Virus record (IMG/VR): IMGVR_UViG_3300030419_006726 | Location: 1 to 64,000 of that record | Strand: one strand, 5' to 3' | Length of the DNA stretch: 64,000 nt | From: a virus | Part shown: positions 33,781 through 43,569 of the stretch, one piece after another | Position numbering within the stretch: the stretch's first letter is position 1 | How the letters are laid out: the number at the start of each line of letters is the position of its first letter | Made by a program: the position numbers and the translations under genes | Notes under the pieces: generated by a model | Databases searched by the model: none | Told to the model about the DNA's origin: nothing | Seen by the model: the letters and a program-made list of their open reading frames with translations, nothing else

Positions 33781-35834
33781 TGAATGTTGTTTACGCTGCA
33801 CAGTTTCGAGATTCTAGTGGATATGCGGTAGCAGCTAGAGGATATCTTAAAGCTCTTGATGCTTATTTGACAGAGCACCCGGGAGCCTTCAATCTTAAAA
33901 TATATTCTTCTGTTGTAAACCACTCAGACAAGCTTTTATTAGAAGAAGTCCAATTGATTGAAAAATATGAGTTTAGAGATAACTCGGACATACAGAAAGC
34001 GATAAATCAAGATTATACTTTTGTGTGGCATATGCCGCCACCAATGTTATCTTTTGCAGATGACAGATTTAAGCCTTCGCCAAATTGTAGCCCTTCGCTA
34101 TCTCGTTTGCAAAGATGTTCTTCGAAAAATGTAAACCTTACAGTATGGGAAACAACCACCATACCGATTGAGTGGCGTAGGGATTACGAATATTACAAGC
34201 CTGACAAGATTATCGTACCTTGCAGCTGGAATAAACAAGTATTTGAAGAGTGTGTACCCGATGTACCCTGTGAGATGATTCCGCACATCATTGAGCCGCA
34301 TACCATCTCTACCAATAAAAATGGCCATCCAATGGGTACGCTTCGGCCGCTAAAGTTACCATTCGATCTTACTAATAAGTTTGTTGTTTTAACGATGTCG
34401 CAATGGACAAAGCGAAAAGGTTTTGATACCTTGATTAGATCGTTTACCGCTGAGTTTGGAAATAATAAAGACGCAGTATTGATTATCAAAACTTATGGCG
34501 GGCCCGAAGGCGATGCTGAAAGTATTGGAAGGTATGTAAAGAGCTTAAGAAATTCGATTTTACTTCCAGGCCCAGTCAACACTCATGCATCTGAGAATAA
34601 TATACTATTAATTCCCGGATTTGTTCCTACAGAAAGTATAATGTGGCTGCATCAGCAAGCGAGCGTATTCGCTTTGTTTTCTCGCGGCGAGGGATTTGGT
34701 TTACCAATAGCAGAGGCTATAATGGCCAAAAAACCAGTGATTGTACCAAAGGAAGGCGGTCATGTGGATTATATTAACACAGATAGCGCTTTTTTTGTTG
34801 ATGGCCGCTGGGACACGTGCGCGTATGGAATGACTCCGTATGGGTGCGATGGAGATTGGTACGAGTGCAGTATCAAGTCCGGTCGCGAGCAATTGAGGAA
34901 GGCATATGAAATATGGAAGAAGCGTGGAAACGAATTGGCTGTCATGGGCGTCGACGCGTATACTCACGTAATAGAAGGCCCTTATTCTCGATACAAGGTT
35001 GGATCGACTTTTTATGAGAAGCTCAAGGACCTAAACGAGCCAGATACTAAGCCAAAAACAATACTTGAAAGAAGAACAGCTTTAAAGCGAAAAGTTCAGA
35101 AAGCCCCCACGTTGAAAGAGAAGGTGGCACTATTGAAGGACTCATTTAAGGGCGAGACATGTTATGTGTTATCCTGCGGCCCGTCTATTTCTGACCATAC
35201 TTTGAAACAGTACAAGGAGAAATTACAAGACAAGCTTGTACTATCAGTAAAGCAGACATATGATAAGGTGCCAGATTTAGTTGATTTTCACTTTTTTAAT
35301 TGTGCAAACACTCCAAGGCCCAAGGGATATCCGCTGCTTGAGCATTATCAGTATAACGATAATGAACCGATCATCGTCGCTAGCAGCAATTATCCACTCC
35401 ACTCCCGCTGGAGCCCGTTTCAGAAGCATGATTTGTTCTTTAAGATTCCCATTCGCACTGAAATTAATGATCAGTTTATCTGCAAGACAAAGAACTTTGA
35501 TGACTATGACTTAGGTGTGAATGTCGAACGCCCATGCGGCCCGGGCATAATGTATGAAACCGTTATATTTATGGCCGCCCATTTGGGCGTTAAGAAGATC
35601 ATTGCCGTTGGTTGGGACTTAAGTCAGACAAATCCAAAAAAACCAAATGAATATGAACATTTCTATAAAGATGAAAAAATGCTTATAAAAGGCGACATAT
35701 TGCCTTGGGAAGTTGCTGCCACATGCGAAGCTTCAAAAGAACTATACGAATGGCTACAAGGCCGTGGTATCGAGTTGGAATTAGCATCAAATAAAAGCTC
35801 ATTGTATGAAAAAATTCCAAGAGTTGTGTTATAA
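33777..35834 (+). CDS. GT4 glycosyltransferase fused to a Maf/DUF115-like (nonulosonate transferase-type) domain
   Basis: SGYA, RKG, GEGFGLPIAEA; C-terminal FKGETCYVLSCGPS..AAHLGVKKIIAVGWDL. Confidence 0.82.
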   Translation: MMNVVYAAQFRDSSGYAVAARGYLKALDAYLTEHPGAFNLKIYSSVVNHSDKLLLEEVQLIEKYEFRDNSDIQKAINQDYTFVWHMPPPMLSFADDRFKPSPNCSPSLSRLQRCSSKNVNLTVWETTTIPIEWRRDYEYYKPDKIIVPCSWNKQVFEECVPDVPCEMIPHIIEPHTISTNKNGHPMGTLRPLKLPFDLTNKFVVLTMSQWTKRKGFDTLIRSFTAEFGNNKDAVLIIKTYGGPEGDAESIGRYVKSLRNSILLPGPVNTHASENNILLIPGFVPTESIMWLHQQASVFALFSRGEGFGLPIAEAIMAKKPVIVPKEGGHVDYINTDSAFFVDGRWDTCAYGMTPYGCDGDWYECSIKSGREQLRKAYEIWKKRGNELAVMGVDAYTHVIEGPYSRYKVGSTFYEKLKDLNEPDTKPKTILERRTALKRKVQKAPTLKEKVALLKDSFKGETCYVLSCGPSISDHTLKQYKEKLQDKLVLSVKQTYDKVPDLVDFHFFNCANTPRPKGYPLLEHYQYNDNEPIIVASSNYPLHSRWSPFQKHDLFFKIPIRTEINDQFICKTKNFDDYDLGVNVERPCGPGIMYETVIFMAAHLGVKKIIAVGWDLSQTNPKKPNEYEHFYKDEKMLIKGDILPWEVAATCEASKELYEWLQGRGIELELASNKSSLYEKIPRVVL

Positions 35835-35846
35835 TTTGAGGACCAA

Positions 35847-36680
35847 ATGAAGAATACCTATATCATCGCCGAAATCGGCATTAACCACAATGGCGACTTA
35901 GATGTCGCCAAAAAGCTTATTGATGTTGCGGCCGTATCTGGCTGCGATGCCGTTAAGTTTCAAAAGAGAAACCCAGATGTCTGCGTCCCAGATCATCAGA
36001 AAGGTGTCATGCGCGAGACGCCATGGGGCACAATGACTTATTTAGATTATAAGTATCGCATGGAATTTGAAAAGGATGAGTATGATCAGATTGATGCTTA
36101 CTGCAGTGATAAAAATATTGATTGGTCTGCATCCCCGTGGGACATGGACAGTCTAGATTTCTTATTACAGTATAAGATACCCTTTATCAAAGTGCCATCT
36201 GCTATGATCACGAACGAGCAGTTAATGCGCGCTTGTGCCAGTACTGGAAAGAAAGTGATTTTTTCGGCCGGCATGAGTTCTTTGGACGAGGTTGACGAGG
36301 CCGTTCGCTGGATGCGAGAAGAGAATGCCGATTTTGCACTTTTGCATTGCAACTCTTCATATCCTGCGCCATTGGAAGACTTAAATCTGAGCTGTATCCA
36401 GACGCTTAAGCAAAGATACGATTGCGAGGTGGGATATAGTGGTCATGAATTTAGATTAGGGACGAGTGTTGCTGCAATTTATTTAGGCGCAACGATTGTG
36501 GAGAGACACATTACTCTAGATAGAACGATGTGGGGATCTGATCACCTAGCGTCAGTAGAGCCACAGGGGCTCATAAAGCTGGTAAAGGGAATTAGAGAAT
36601 TAGAAATTGCTCATGGCGATGGAATTAAAAAAGTTACTGAAGCGGAAAAGAAAGTCCGCAAAAAATTGAGAGGTTATTGA
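35847..36680 (+). CDS. neuB: NeuB-family sialic/nonulosonic acid synthase, short form without SAF domain
   Basis: IIAEIGINHNGD, AVKFQ, LLHCNSSYP, GYSGHE, ERHITLD..GSDH. Confidence 0.95.
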   Translation: MKNTYIIAEIGINHNGDLDVAKKLIDVAAVSGCDAVKFQKRNPDVCVPDHQKGVMRETPWGTMTYLDYKYRMEFEKDEYDQIDAYCSDKNIDWSASPWDMDSLDFLLQYKIPFIKVPSAMITNEQLMRACASTGKKVIFSAGMSSLDEVDEAVRWMREENADFALLHCNSSYPAPLEDLNLSCIQTLKQRYDCEVGYSGHEFRLGTSVAAIYLGATIVERHITLDRTMWGSDHLASVEPQGLIKLVKGIRELEIAHGDGIKKVTEAEKKVRKKLRGY

Positions 36681-37652
36681 ATGCCAAAAATTTGGAATAA
36701 TTGTGTAGAGATTTATAAAGATGGAGATTTTGTTGATGATTACGATATAGATCGAACCGTTTTTGCATCATGGCAGAGGTATACTAATATTCTATGCCGT
36801 GAGCCAGCAGCGACGGTGTGGTATGATAAGATATCCAAGCGTTGTTTTGGCTCAGAGCAAGATTTTTATGCAAATCCAAATGACTTTTCATTTTTCTCGC
36901 AAAAAGAAGATTTTGTTTCAAATAGAGCCTGGGGCCTGAACCATGTGATGGATAGGTTTGGAAATCATCTCGGAAACAACGTAATTATAGAGGACGACTA
37001 CATTCTGCAAGACTTAGAAGAGTTGAAAAAGTTTCAAGATAAGAAAATTTTGATTGTTGGCGGCGGCCCAACCGCGAAGGATATTAACTGGCAAGATACT
37101 GAATATGATTACGTTTGGTCTTGTACGAAGTTTTATCTTAACGAGCAACTAAATAATGTGGGTGTTGATTTAGCAACTATTGGCGGCAATGTTGATTTAG
37201 ATGATGTTGAGTTTAATGCATATTTGTCAGAAAACAATACCATTTGTGGTTTCGAGTGTGGAGTTTCTCCGTTCAAGGATCCTCAAGATATGGTGCGATT
37301 CAAAGAAAGATATCCAAACAGAGTATTCTATTACCACCCTAGATATTTCTCCAAGCTTGGCGCCGCCGCTAGGCTTTTGTGCTTGGGATCTTTTGTGGGA
37401 GCGGAACAAGTCAGCTTTGTTGGATTTGATGGAAACCCAGTAGGAAAAAAACATGCTTTTGAAGGCGAAAATAAAGTTCATAATGAACCATGGCGAAACA
37501 ATGAGACAAATGATTTATATAGAAGACAGCTTGTACTGCTTTGGGATTATTTGCTACAGTTTGATACAAAATATCAGAATTTAGGCGAAGGTCATCCTTC
37601 GAATCAATCAAGCGATATTTCAAAAAAGATGTTTCCGCTTGGAGATAGTTGA
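36681..37652 (+). CDS. CstII/GT42-like sialyltransferase paralog 1
   Basis: KKILIVGGGPT..VWSCTKFY..VSFVGFDG, like CstII IIAGNGPS..CNQFY..IYLSGID. Confidence 0.7.
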   Translation: MPKIWNNCVEIYKDGDFVDDYDIDRTVFASWQRYTNILCREPAATVWYDKISKRCFGSEQDFYANPNDFSFFSQKEDFVSNRAWGLNHVMDRFGNHLGNNVIIEDDYILQDLEELKKFQDKKILIVGGGPTAKDINWQDTEYDYVWSCTKFYLNEQLNNVGVDLATIGGNVDLDDVEFNAYLSENNTICGFECGVSPFKDPQDMVRFKERYPNRVFYYHPRYFSKLGAAARLLCLGSFVGAEQVSFVGFDGNPVGKKHAFEGENKVHNEPWRNNETNDLYRRQLVLLWDYLLQFDTKYQNLGEGHPSNQSSDISKKMFPLGDS

Positions 37653-38344
37653 TGAAAAGATTGCAGGATATCGCTGTTGTGATCCAGGCCCGCCTTGGAT
37701 CACAAAGAGTTCCAGGCAAGATGCTCAAGCCTTTTGCCGGTACCACTCTTATGGACATTGCCATCAAGAAGATGATGGATTCTAAGGTCTTTCCAAGAGA
37801 GAACTTCTTTGTCTCGGTCCACGAAAAAGAATTGGTCGATGTTGCGCAGAAATATGGCGCAAACATATATTACCGTAGTGAAAAATCAGCCAATTCTGAA
37901 GGCACGCCACTAACAGAAATGTATGAATGGTGGGACAAATTGCCATTTAAATATTGTGTCTTGGTTAATGCGTGCGCTCCATTCCTAACTGTTGCAACTG
38001 TCGACAGTTTTGTTGAAGCTTATATGAAAACAGAGTCAGATGGGCTGTTTGGGGTCATGGAAAAGAAGAACTATTTTTGGAATACTGACGGAAAGTTAAT
38101 AACAAATTGGCCGGAAGGACAAGCTTGCATGAATACAAAGTTTGTTGAAACTACTTATGAAGCAGCACATTGCCTTTACGCCGGCCGGATGGATCGTATT
38201 AACGATGGTATTTGGATGGGAGATTTCCAAGTCCCAGGCGACATTGAACTGCACGCAATGAGCGAATTTGAATCGTTAGATATTGATTACCCGTGGCAGT
38301 TTGACATGTGCGAATCAATATACAGACAAGTGAAAGGATTATAA
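37649..38344 (+). CDS. neuA: CMP-sialic acid synthetase (acylneuraminate cytidylyltransferase)
   Basis: IQARLGSQRVPGK..SLDIDYPWQF. Confidence 0.9.
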   Translation: MMKRLQDIAVVIQARLGSQRVPGKMLKPFAGTTLMDIAIKKMMDSKVFPRENFFVSVHEKELVDVAQKYGANIYYRSEKSANSEGTPLTEMYEWWDKLPFKYCVLVNACAPFLTVATVDSFVEAYMKTESDGLFGVMEKKNYFWNTDGKLITNWPEGQACMNTKFVETTYEAAHCLYAGRMDRINDGIWMGDFQVPGDIELHAMSEFESLDIDYPWQFDMCESIYRQVKGL

Positions 38345-39819
38345 TGTTTTACATATTTGAAATGGCAAACAATCACCAGGGAAGCGTGAAGCATGCAAAG
38401 TTGATTGTTGATAGGTTTGCAGATATTGCGAAAAAGTACAGTATCAATGCAGGAATCAAGCTGCAGTTTAGACAATTGGATACTTTTATCCATAAAGACT
38501 ATATTGATTCAGATTTAAAATATGTCAAAAGGTTTAAGGATACTCGCTTATCTAAAGAGCAATTTGGAGAAATCACTGATTACATTCGCAGCAAAGATCT
38601 TGTAACTATCGCTACGCCTTTTGACAATGAGTCTTTACCGTGGCTTGAAGATCTAGACATTTCTGTCGTAAAGGTTGCAAGTTGTTCAGTAGATGATTGG
38701 CCATTGCTAAGAGATGTATGCAAGATTAATAAAAGAATTATTATCTCTACTGGCGGTGCATCGATCGATCAGCTAAAAGAAGTTTACACTCTGTTCAAAA
38801 ACCATAATCGTGATTTTGCCTTTATGCATTGTGTTGGAGAGTATCCAACACCTGTAGAGTGCTCCAACTTAAACAGAATTAAGAGACTGAGAGAAGAATT
38901 CCCAGATATTGAAATTGGATTTTCTACGCACGAATCACCAACTCAAAAGTCAATGGCGGGCTATGCCGCGGCCCTGGGGTGTACAATCGTAGAGAAGCAT
39001 GTTGGAGTTGAAACTGACGATGTAAGTCTGAATGCCTACTCGTGCGCACCGTATGACATGGAAAAGGTAATAAAAGAAATTCAATTATTTGAAAGTGCTA
39101 ACAGTGGTATTTCGGCTACAGAAAAGCAGACCCTCTACAAACTTAAAAGAGGTATATATGCCAAGAGAAGCATTAAACAAGGCGAGACAATTACTGCTGA
39201 TGATTTGTATTTTTCAATGCCCTTGGTTGAGAGTCAGCTCGATGCATCAAAAATCGATCAAGTTTTAGAGGGTTTCCGCTGCAATGTGGATGTTTTGGCC
39301 GACGCGCCAATCACTATGTACGATTTTGGCTCAACAGATAGAAAAGACAAAGTTGATAAAATCGCTCACTACACGAAGGGATACTTGGACGCCAACAGAA
39401 TCCCTCTTAGCAACAAAGACACTGCAGAGATTTCTGCACACTATGGAATCGACAATTTTAATGAAACTGGTGTTTTTATTATTAATAAGATCAATAGAGA
39501 ATACTGTAAAAAGATATTGGTTGTCTCACCCGGCCAATCTCATCCGACACACCACCATATCAAGAAAGAGGAGTCGTTTGAGCTATTGAGCGGTGATTGT
39601 ATGTTGATTTTAAATGGAAAAGTCATGGCGCTTGAAAGAGGTCGACCAGTATTGATTCCCCGGGGAGTTAAGCACTCTTTCAAAAGCAGAAGTGGCTGCA
39701 TTATTGAGGAAGTATCGACAACACATTATCCTGGCGACTCTGTATATGAAGATCCAGAGATTAACAAGCTTAAGCTTTCAGAGAGAAAATATGTTGTTGA
39801 TAATTTAAGCGAGTATTAA
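38344..39819 (+). CDS. neuB: second NeuB synthase with SAF domain and C-terminal cupin (lyxose-isomerase-like)
   Basis: IFEMANNHQG, KLQF, MHCVGEYP, GFSTHE, EKH; RGIYAKRSIKQGE SAF; YCKKIL..HPTHHH.KKEESF..HSF cupin. Confidence 0.88.
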   Translation: MFYIFEMANNHQGSVKHAKLIVDRFADIAKKYSINAGIKLQFRQLDTFIHKDYIDSDLKYVKRFKDTRLSKEQFGEITDYIRSKDLVTIATPFDNESLPWLEDLDISVVKVASCSVDDWPLLRDVCKINKRIIISTGGASIDQLKEVYTLFKNHNRDFAFMHCVGEYPTPVECSNLNRIKRLREEFPDIEIGFSTHESPTQKSMAGYAAALGCTIVEKHVGVETDDVSLNAYSCAPYDMEKVIKEIQLFESANSGISATEKQTLYKLKRGIYAKRSIKQGETITADDLYFSMPLVESQLDASKIDQVLEGFRCNVDVLADAPITMYDFGSTDRKDKVDKIAHYTKGYLDANRIPLSNKDTAEISAHYGIDNFNETGVFIINKINREYCKKILVVSPGQSHPTHHHIKKEESFELLSGDCMLILNGKVMALERGRPVLIPRGVKHSFKSRSGCIIEEVSTTHYPGDSVYEDPEINKLKLSERKYVVDNLSEY

Positions 39820-39825
39820 ATTAAA

Positions 39826-40893
39826 ATGTTAAAAAACGGAACTGTTTGGGAAGATTGCGTATTAGTTTCGAAGCAGGGTGAAGACCATAACTATTTCAAT
39901 AATTTTTCTAAAAAGTGCGCAAAGCAATTACAGCTTTATTATGATACTTTGATAAAGTACTATGGACGCGAACTAGCAGGAAAAGAATACCTAGATAATA
40001 ATATTTGGCTTGACACTAAAAGCAATACAGTCTTTTGCAAAGGTCAATACAAGCTTCCAAAGGCTTTTGGAAAAGATCACCATTTCTATGTTAGAGAGAA
40101 GAATTTTAACAAGGACACAAAAAATCATTTTTATAATAGATTAATACGCCCAGATGCAAATTTAAGTAAATTAACATATACTCAGATTGGTGATGATTTG
40201 ATTTATGGAAAAAACAATATTACTGATTTTGATATGTATAAAGGAAAAAGTGTAAAAATAGTTGGCGGTGGTCCAACTACCAAAGAGGTGAAATGGGAAA
40301 ATATCATAACCGATTATACTTGGACATGTAATCAATTTTACAATTATGAAAAAGTCACAAACCAGAAACTAGATTTGATATCAATATCCTCTGATACTCC
40401 AAAGCAGGGATATGATCACATCAGACACCATTGCCAGACAAATAACACTAAAGCATGTTTTCTTTTAGATTGGGGAGATTTCAATATCAATTCTCCAAAA
40501 TACTTATATAATTTGGCAAATCAATATTCAGACAACGTTTTTTATTATCATACGCGATATGCCTCTGCGATTGGGGTTGGTGTTCGGATGATTATTTCTG
40601 CGATTTTGTGGGGGGCAAAGAACATATATTTTGTTGGCATTGACGGCTGGAATGTCTCTAAAGAAACTCATTCTTTTGAGAAGAATAAGCATCTTCCTAG
40701 TTGGTATGCTAAACATGGCAATGATTTTCAAAGAAGGCACTTTGTTGTTTTTTGGGAATATATTATGAAACTTCGTGAAGTATATGATTTTAACTTATAC
40801 AATCTTGGAGAACTTAGTCAAAACAACTCGTATAAAACCATGTCACATCTTTTGTTTCCTTTAAGCAGCAACGTAAAGGAGAAGATAAAATGA
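39826..40893 (+). CDS. CstII/GT42-like sialyltransferase paralog 2
   Basis: VKIVGGGPT..WTCNQFY..GAKNIYFVGIDG. Confidence 0.75.
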   Translation: MLKNGTVWEDCVLVSKQGEDHNYFNNFSKKCAKQLQLYYDTLIKYYGRELAGKEYLDNNIWLDTKSNTVFCKGQYKLPKAFGKDHHFYVREKNFNKDTKNHFYNRLIRPDANLSKLTYTQIGDDLIYGKNNITDFDMYKGKSVKIVGGGPTTKEVKWENIITDYTWTCNQFYNYEKVTNQKLDLISISSDTPKQGYDHIRHHCQTNNTKACFLLDWGDFNINSPKYLYNLANQYSDNVFYYHTRYASAIGVGVRMIISAILWGAKNIYFVGIDGWNVSKETHSFEKNKHLPSWYAKHGNDFQRRHFVVFWEYIMKLREVYDFNLYNLGELSQNNSYKTMSHLLFPLSSNVKEKIK

Positions 40894-41609
40894 GAGATCT
40901 AACATGTCACGCTTGTATGACCACTGCAGGATATCGGGTCATTAATAGTAGATTTCCAGACATCTACAAGTGCACACACTGCAATCACATTTTTAGAAGA
41001 TACAACGGGGATGTATCAGAATTTCACAGGGACCAATATAGAAGTCTAGTTTTACCTAGTGGAAATCTAGGATATGATTTTAAACCGATTGAAGTTAGAA
41101 CGAGACACGTTAATTCTATTTTGGCAAAAATAGATCCTTTTTTAAAAGATTCTCACAAGTGTTTAGAAGTGGGTTTTGGAGATGGTGTATTTACAAGATT
41201 GGTATCCCCACATGTTAAAAAAATTGAATGCTGTGAAATCGATCCCAACTTGGCATTACAAGCAGAGGCAGAAGGTTTTGATGCATATTGTGAAAATGTT
41301 TTAAATCTAAAAGACCTTCAGTATGATTCGGTTTTCGCTTTTGATATAATGGAACATGTTTTAGATATTCAACAATTTAAAGATAAAATGACAGAGTTAA
41401 CTAAGAAAACTCTTGTTATACAAGTTCCTGTAAATAGAATGTTAAAGCCTCCTAACAGACCTCAAGGATTTGATGGCCACTGTCATTATTTTTCTGCCGA
41501 TTCTATTAAGCGAGTATTTGAAAAAGATTTTGAACTAAAACTACTATACACTTCAAGACCCGGTGAGTTTGCCAATGGGTGCGAAATGCTGACCGTATGG
41601 GAGAAATAA
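40890..41609 (+). CDS. class I SAM methyltransferase with N-terminal zinc-binding motif
   Basis: CHAC..CTHC; CLEVGFGDG; FDIMEHV. Confidence 0.85.
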   Translation: MRDLTCHACMTTAGYRVINSRFPDIYKCTHCNHIFRRYNGDVSEFHRDQYRSLVLPSGNLGYDFKPIEVRTRHVNSILAKIDPFLKDSHKCLEVGFGDGVFTRLVSPHVKKIECCEIDPNLALQAEAEGFDAYCENVLNLKDLQYDSVFAFDIMEHVLDIQQFKDKMTELTKKTLVIQVPVNRMLKPPNRPQGFDGHCHYFSADSIKRVFEKDFELKLLYTSRPGEFANGCEMLTVWEK

Positions 41610-42716
41610 GTGCATTTAGGATTCGCTACAGAAAATTACCAAATTATATATAAAAAAGGTAATATTTTAAAAGATTCAAATTGGCTGAAACCTTTAAGTC
41701 CCTCTGAGATAAAAAGCAGATCCGACCAGTTTAGAGAATATATTGATACCTTTCCGGATGCTATAAATCAAAATGTATGGTACGATTTTAAAAATGCACT
41801 CTTCTTCAGTCAGGCACAATATCGTTTTGGCCCAGCCGGAAAGGACCACCATTTTTTAGAAAAAAAAGACGCGTTTATTAAAGATAAAACATGGGGAGTA
41901 AATTCAGCTATCAAATTAGCTAAATTTTTTGACCTTATAGACGATCAAACTTCAAAACAAACCACACAGATATATGTTAATGATGAAATTATATACGGCG
42001 CTCACCCTAATCTTCAATCCGTAAAAGACAAATCTGTTTTAATTGTATGTGGTGGCCCCTCTGCTAGCACCGTTGCATGGGAAAACTTAAACTACGACCA
42101 GATTTGGTCTTGTAATCAATTTTTTATGAATGAGAAATTTGCTACTCGCAAAGTTGATTTAGTCACTGTTGTGGCTGAATTGTTTGATTTTAACAATACA
42201 GAACAATTTATTAAATACATTGAAGATAACAATACTTTGGTATCTTTTGAGCTTGAAAGGGGCTCTTGGATGACTAGCGACGGAAGAGTTGGAGAGGAGT
42301 TTAAGAAAACACGAGATTTTTGTATTAAATATAAAAATAGCTCAACATTTTTTCACACGAGATACAGAGGCCAATTAGGTGTTGGCTTAAGATTGATCGT
42401 TTATGCAATGATGATGGGTTTCAAAGATATATATATTGTGGGTTTAGATGGTAGGTTTGAAATAGAGAAAAATGGTAATTTGCTGCACGCGTTTGAGACA
42501 AATAAGCCAATTCCAAATTGGTATAAAAAGTTTGGCAATGATTTTCAAGATAGGCAAATGATTATTTTTTGGGAATATTTAATGGAATTAAAGCAAAATT
42601 ATCATCCAAATACAAATGTATACAATCTTGGGCAGGATTCAGAGTATAATGTATTGGCGCGCCTTTTTAGCGACTCTTACCCTTTGCCTGATCAAATTAA
42701 AGAGGATATTAAATAA
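41610..42716 (+). CDS. CstII/GT42-like sialyltransferase paralog 3
   Basis: VLIVCGGPS..WSCNQFF..GFKDIYIVGLDG. Confidence 0.75.
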   Translation: MHLGFATENYQIIYKKGNILKDSNWLKPLSPSEIKSRSDQFREYIDTFPDAINQNVWYDFKNALFFSQAQYRFGPAGKDHHFLEKKDAFIKDKTWGVNSAIKLAKFFDLIDDQTSKQTTQIYVNDEIIYGAHPNLQSVKDKSVLIVCGGPSASTVAWENLNYDQIWSCNQFFMNEKFATRKVDLVTVVAELFDFNNTEQFIKYIEDNNTLVSFELERGSWMTSDGRVGEEFKKTRDFCIKYKNSSTFFHTRYRGQLGVGLRLIVYAMMMGFKDIYIVGLDGRFEIEKNGNLLHAFETNKPIPNWYKKFGNDFQDRQMIIFWEYLMELKQNYHPNTNVYNLGQDSEYNVLARLFSDSYPLPDQIKEDIK

Positions 42717-42717
42717 C

Positions 42718-43560
42718 ATGTATACATATGCCGAATATTATAAGCTTTGCAAAGATAGGTATGGAAATTCAAATCAAAAGTTAAACTTGTATGATCTTAA
42801 GATGCACATATGCCAACCAGATGAAAAAAGTGAATTATTTACTTTTCCTAAAAATTATTCCAAATTAATCAACTCTTTGGCTAAAAAAATTAGTGAAAAA
42901 ATCGATGACAAATCACAACACTATCGCGACCCGTCTGCCAAGGGTTATAGCATGGCTATACAAATTAAAAATATTTGGGATTTACCAGAGTTAAACGAAA
43001 TCGCAGCGCACATATTGCCATGTCTGGAGCAAAGCGTTTTTGGCTCAAGGATTCATTGCAGTGCTGTACACGCTTATAGAAATATTCCGACAAAAGAATC
43101 AGAGATTAGTTCATGGCTTTGGCATTATGATAACAATCCTAAAGAAGCAGTCAAGTTATTAATATACTTAACTGATGTAGAGGAAGACACTGGACCGTTT
43201 GAGCTTCTGGAAAAGGATGGTGATTATGTAAAAATGAAAACCAGCCGTACTGGATACAACAACTGGAGACCCCCTTATATACCGGAAAGTAGAATTCCAA
43301 AAAATATGATAAACGATTTCGTTAATCAAGGTTATAATAAAAAGAAGATTGTTGGACCAAAAGGAACTGTTCTATTTTTTGACAATAACATTATACACAA
43401 GGCAAACATTCCAACTCGAAAATACCGCGATGTTGTTATTTTTAACATAAGGCCAACATTGCATAAATTTGAGCCATATATCTCAAAAAACTTTACCGGC
43501 TCCTGGGAGCACAAGAGCCCAATTGTAAATCCAGAAGAAGTTGTGCCAAGATTAAAATAG
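42718..43560 (+). CDS. PhyH-like 2OG-Fe(II) dioxygenase
   Basis: WHYD..LIYLTDV..GPF..GTVLFFD..HKA..R. Confidence 0.82.
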   Translation: MYTYAEYYKLCKDRYGNSNQKLNLYDLKMHICQPDEKSELFTFPKNYSKLINSLAKKISEKIDDKSQHYRDPSAKGYSMAIQIKNIWDLPELNEIAAHILPCLEQSVFGSRIHCSAVHAYRNIPTKESEISSWLWHYDNNPKEAVKLLIYLTDVEEDTGPFELLEKDGDYVKMKTSRTGYNNWRPPYIPESRIPKNMINDFVNQGYNKKKIVGPKGTVLFFDNNIIHKANIPTRKYRDVVIFNIRPTLHKFEPYISKNFTGSWEHKSPIVNPEEVVPRLK

Positions 43561-43569
43561 GAGACTAAT

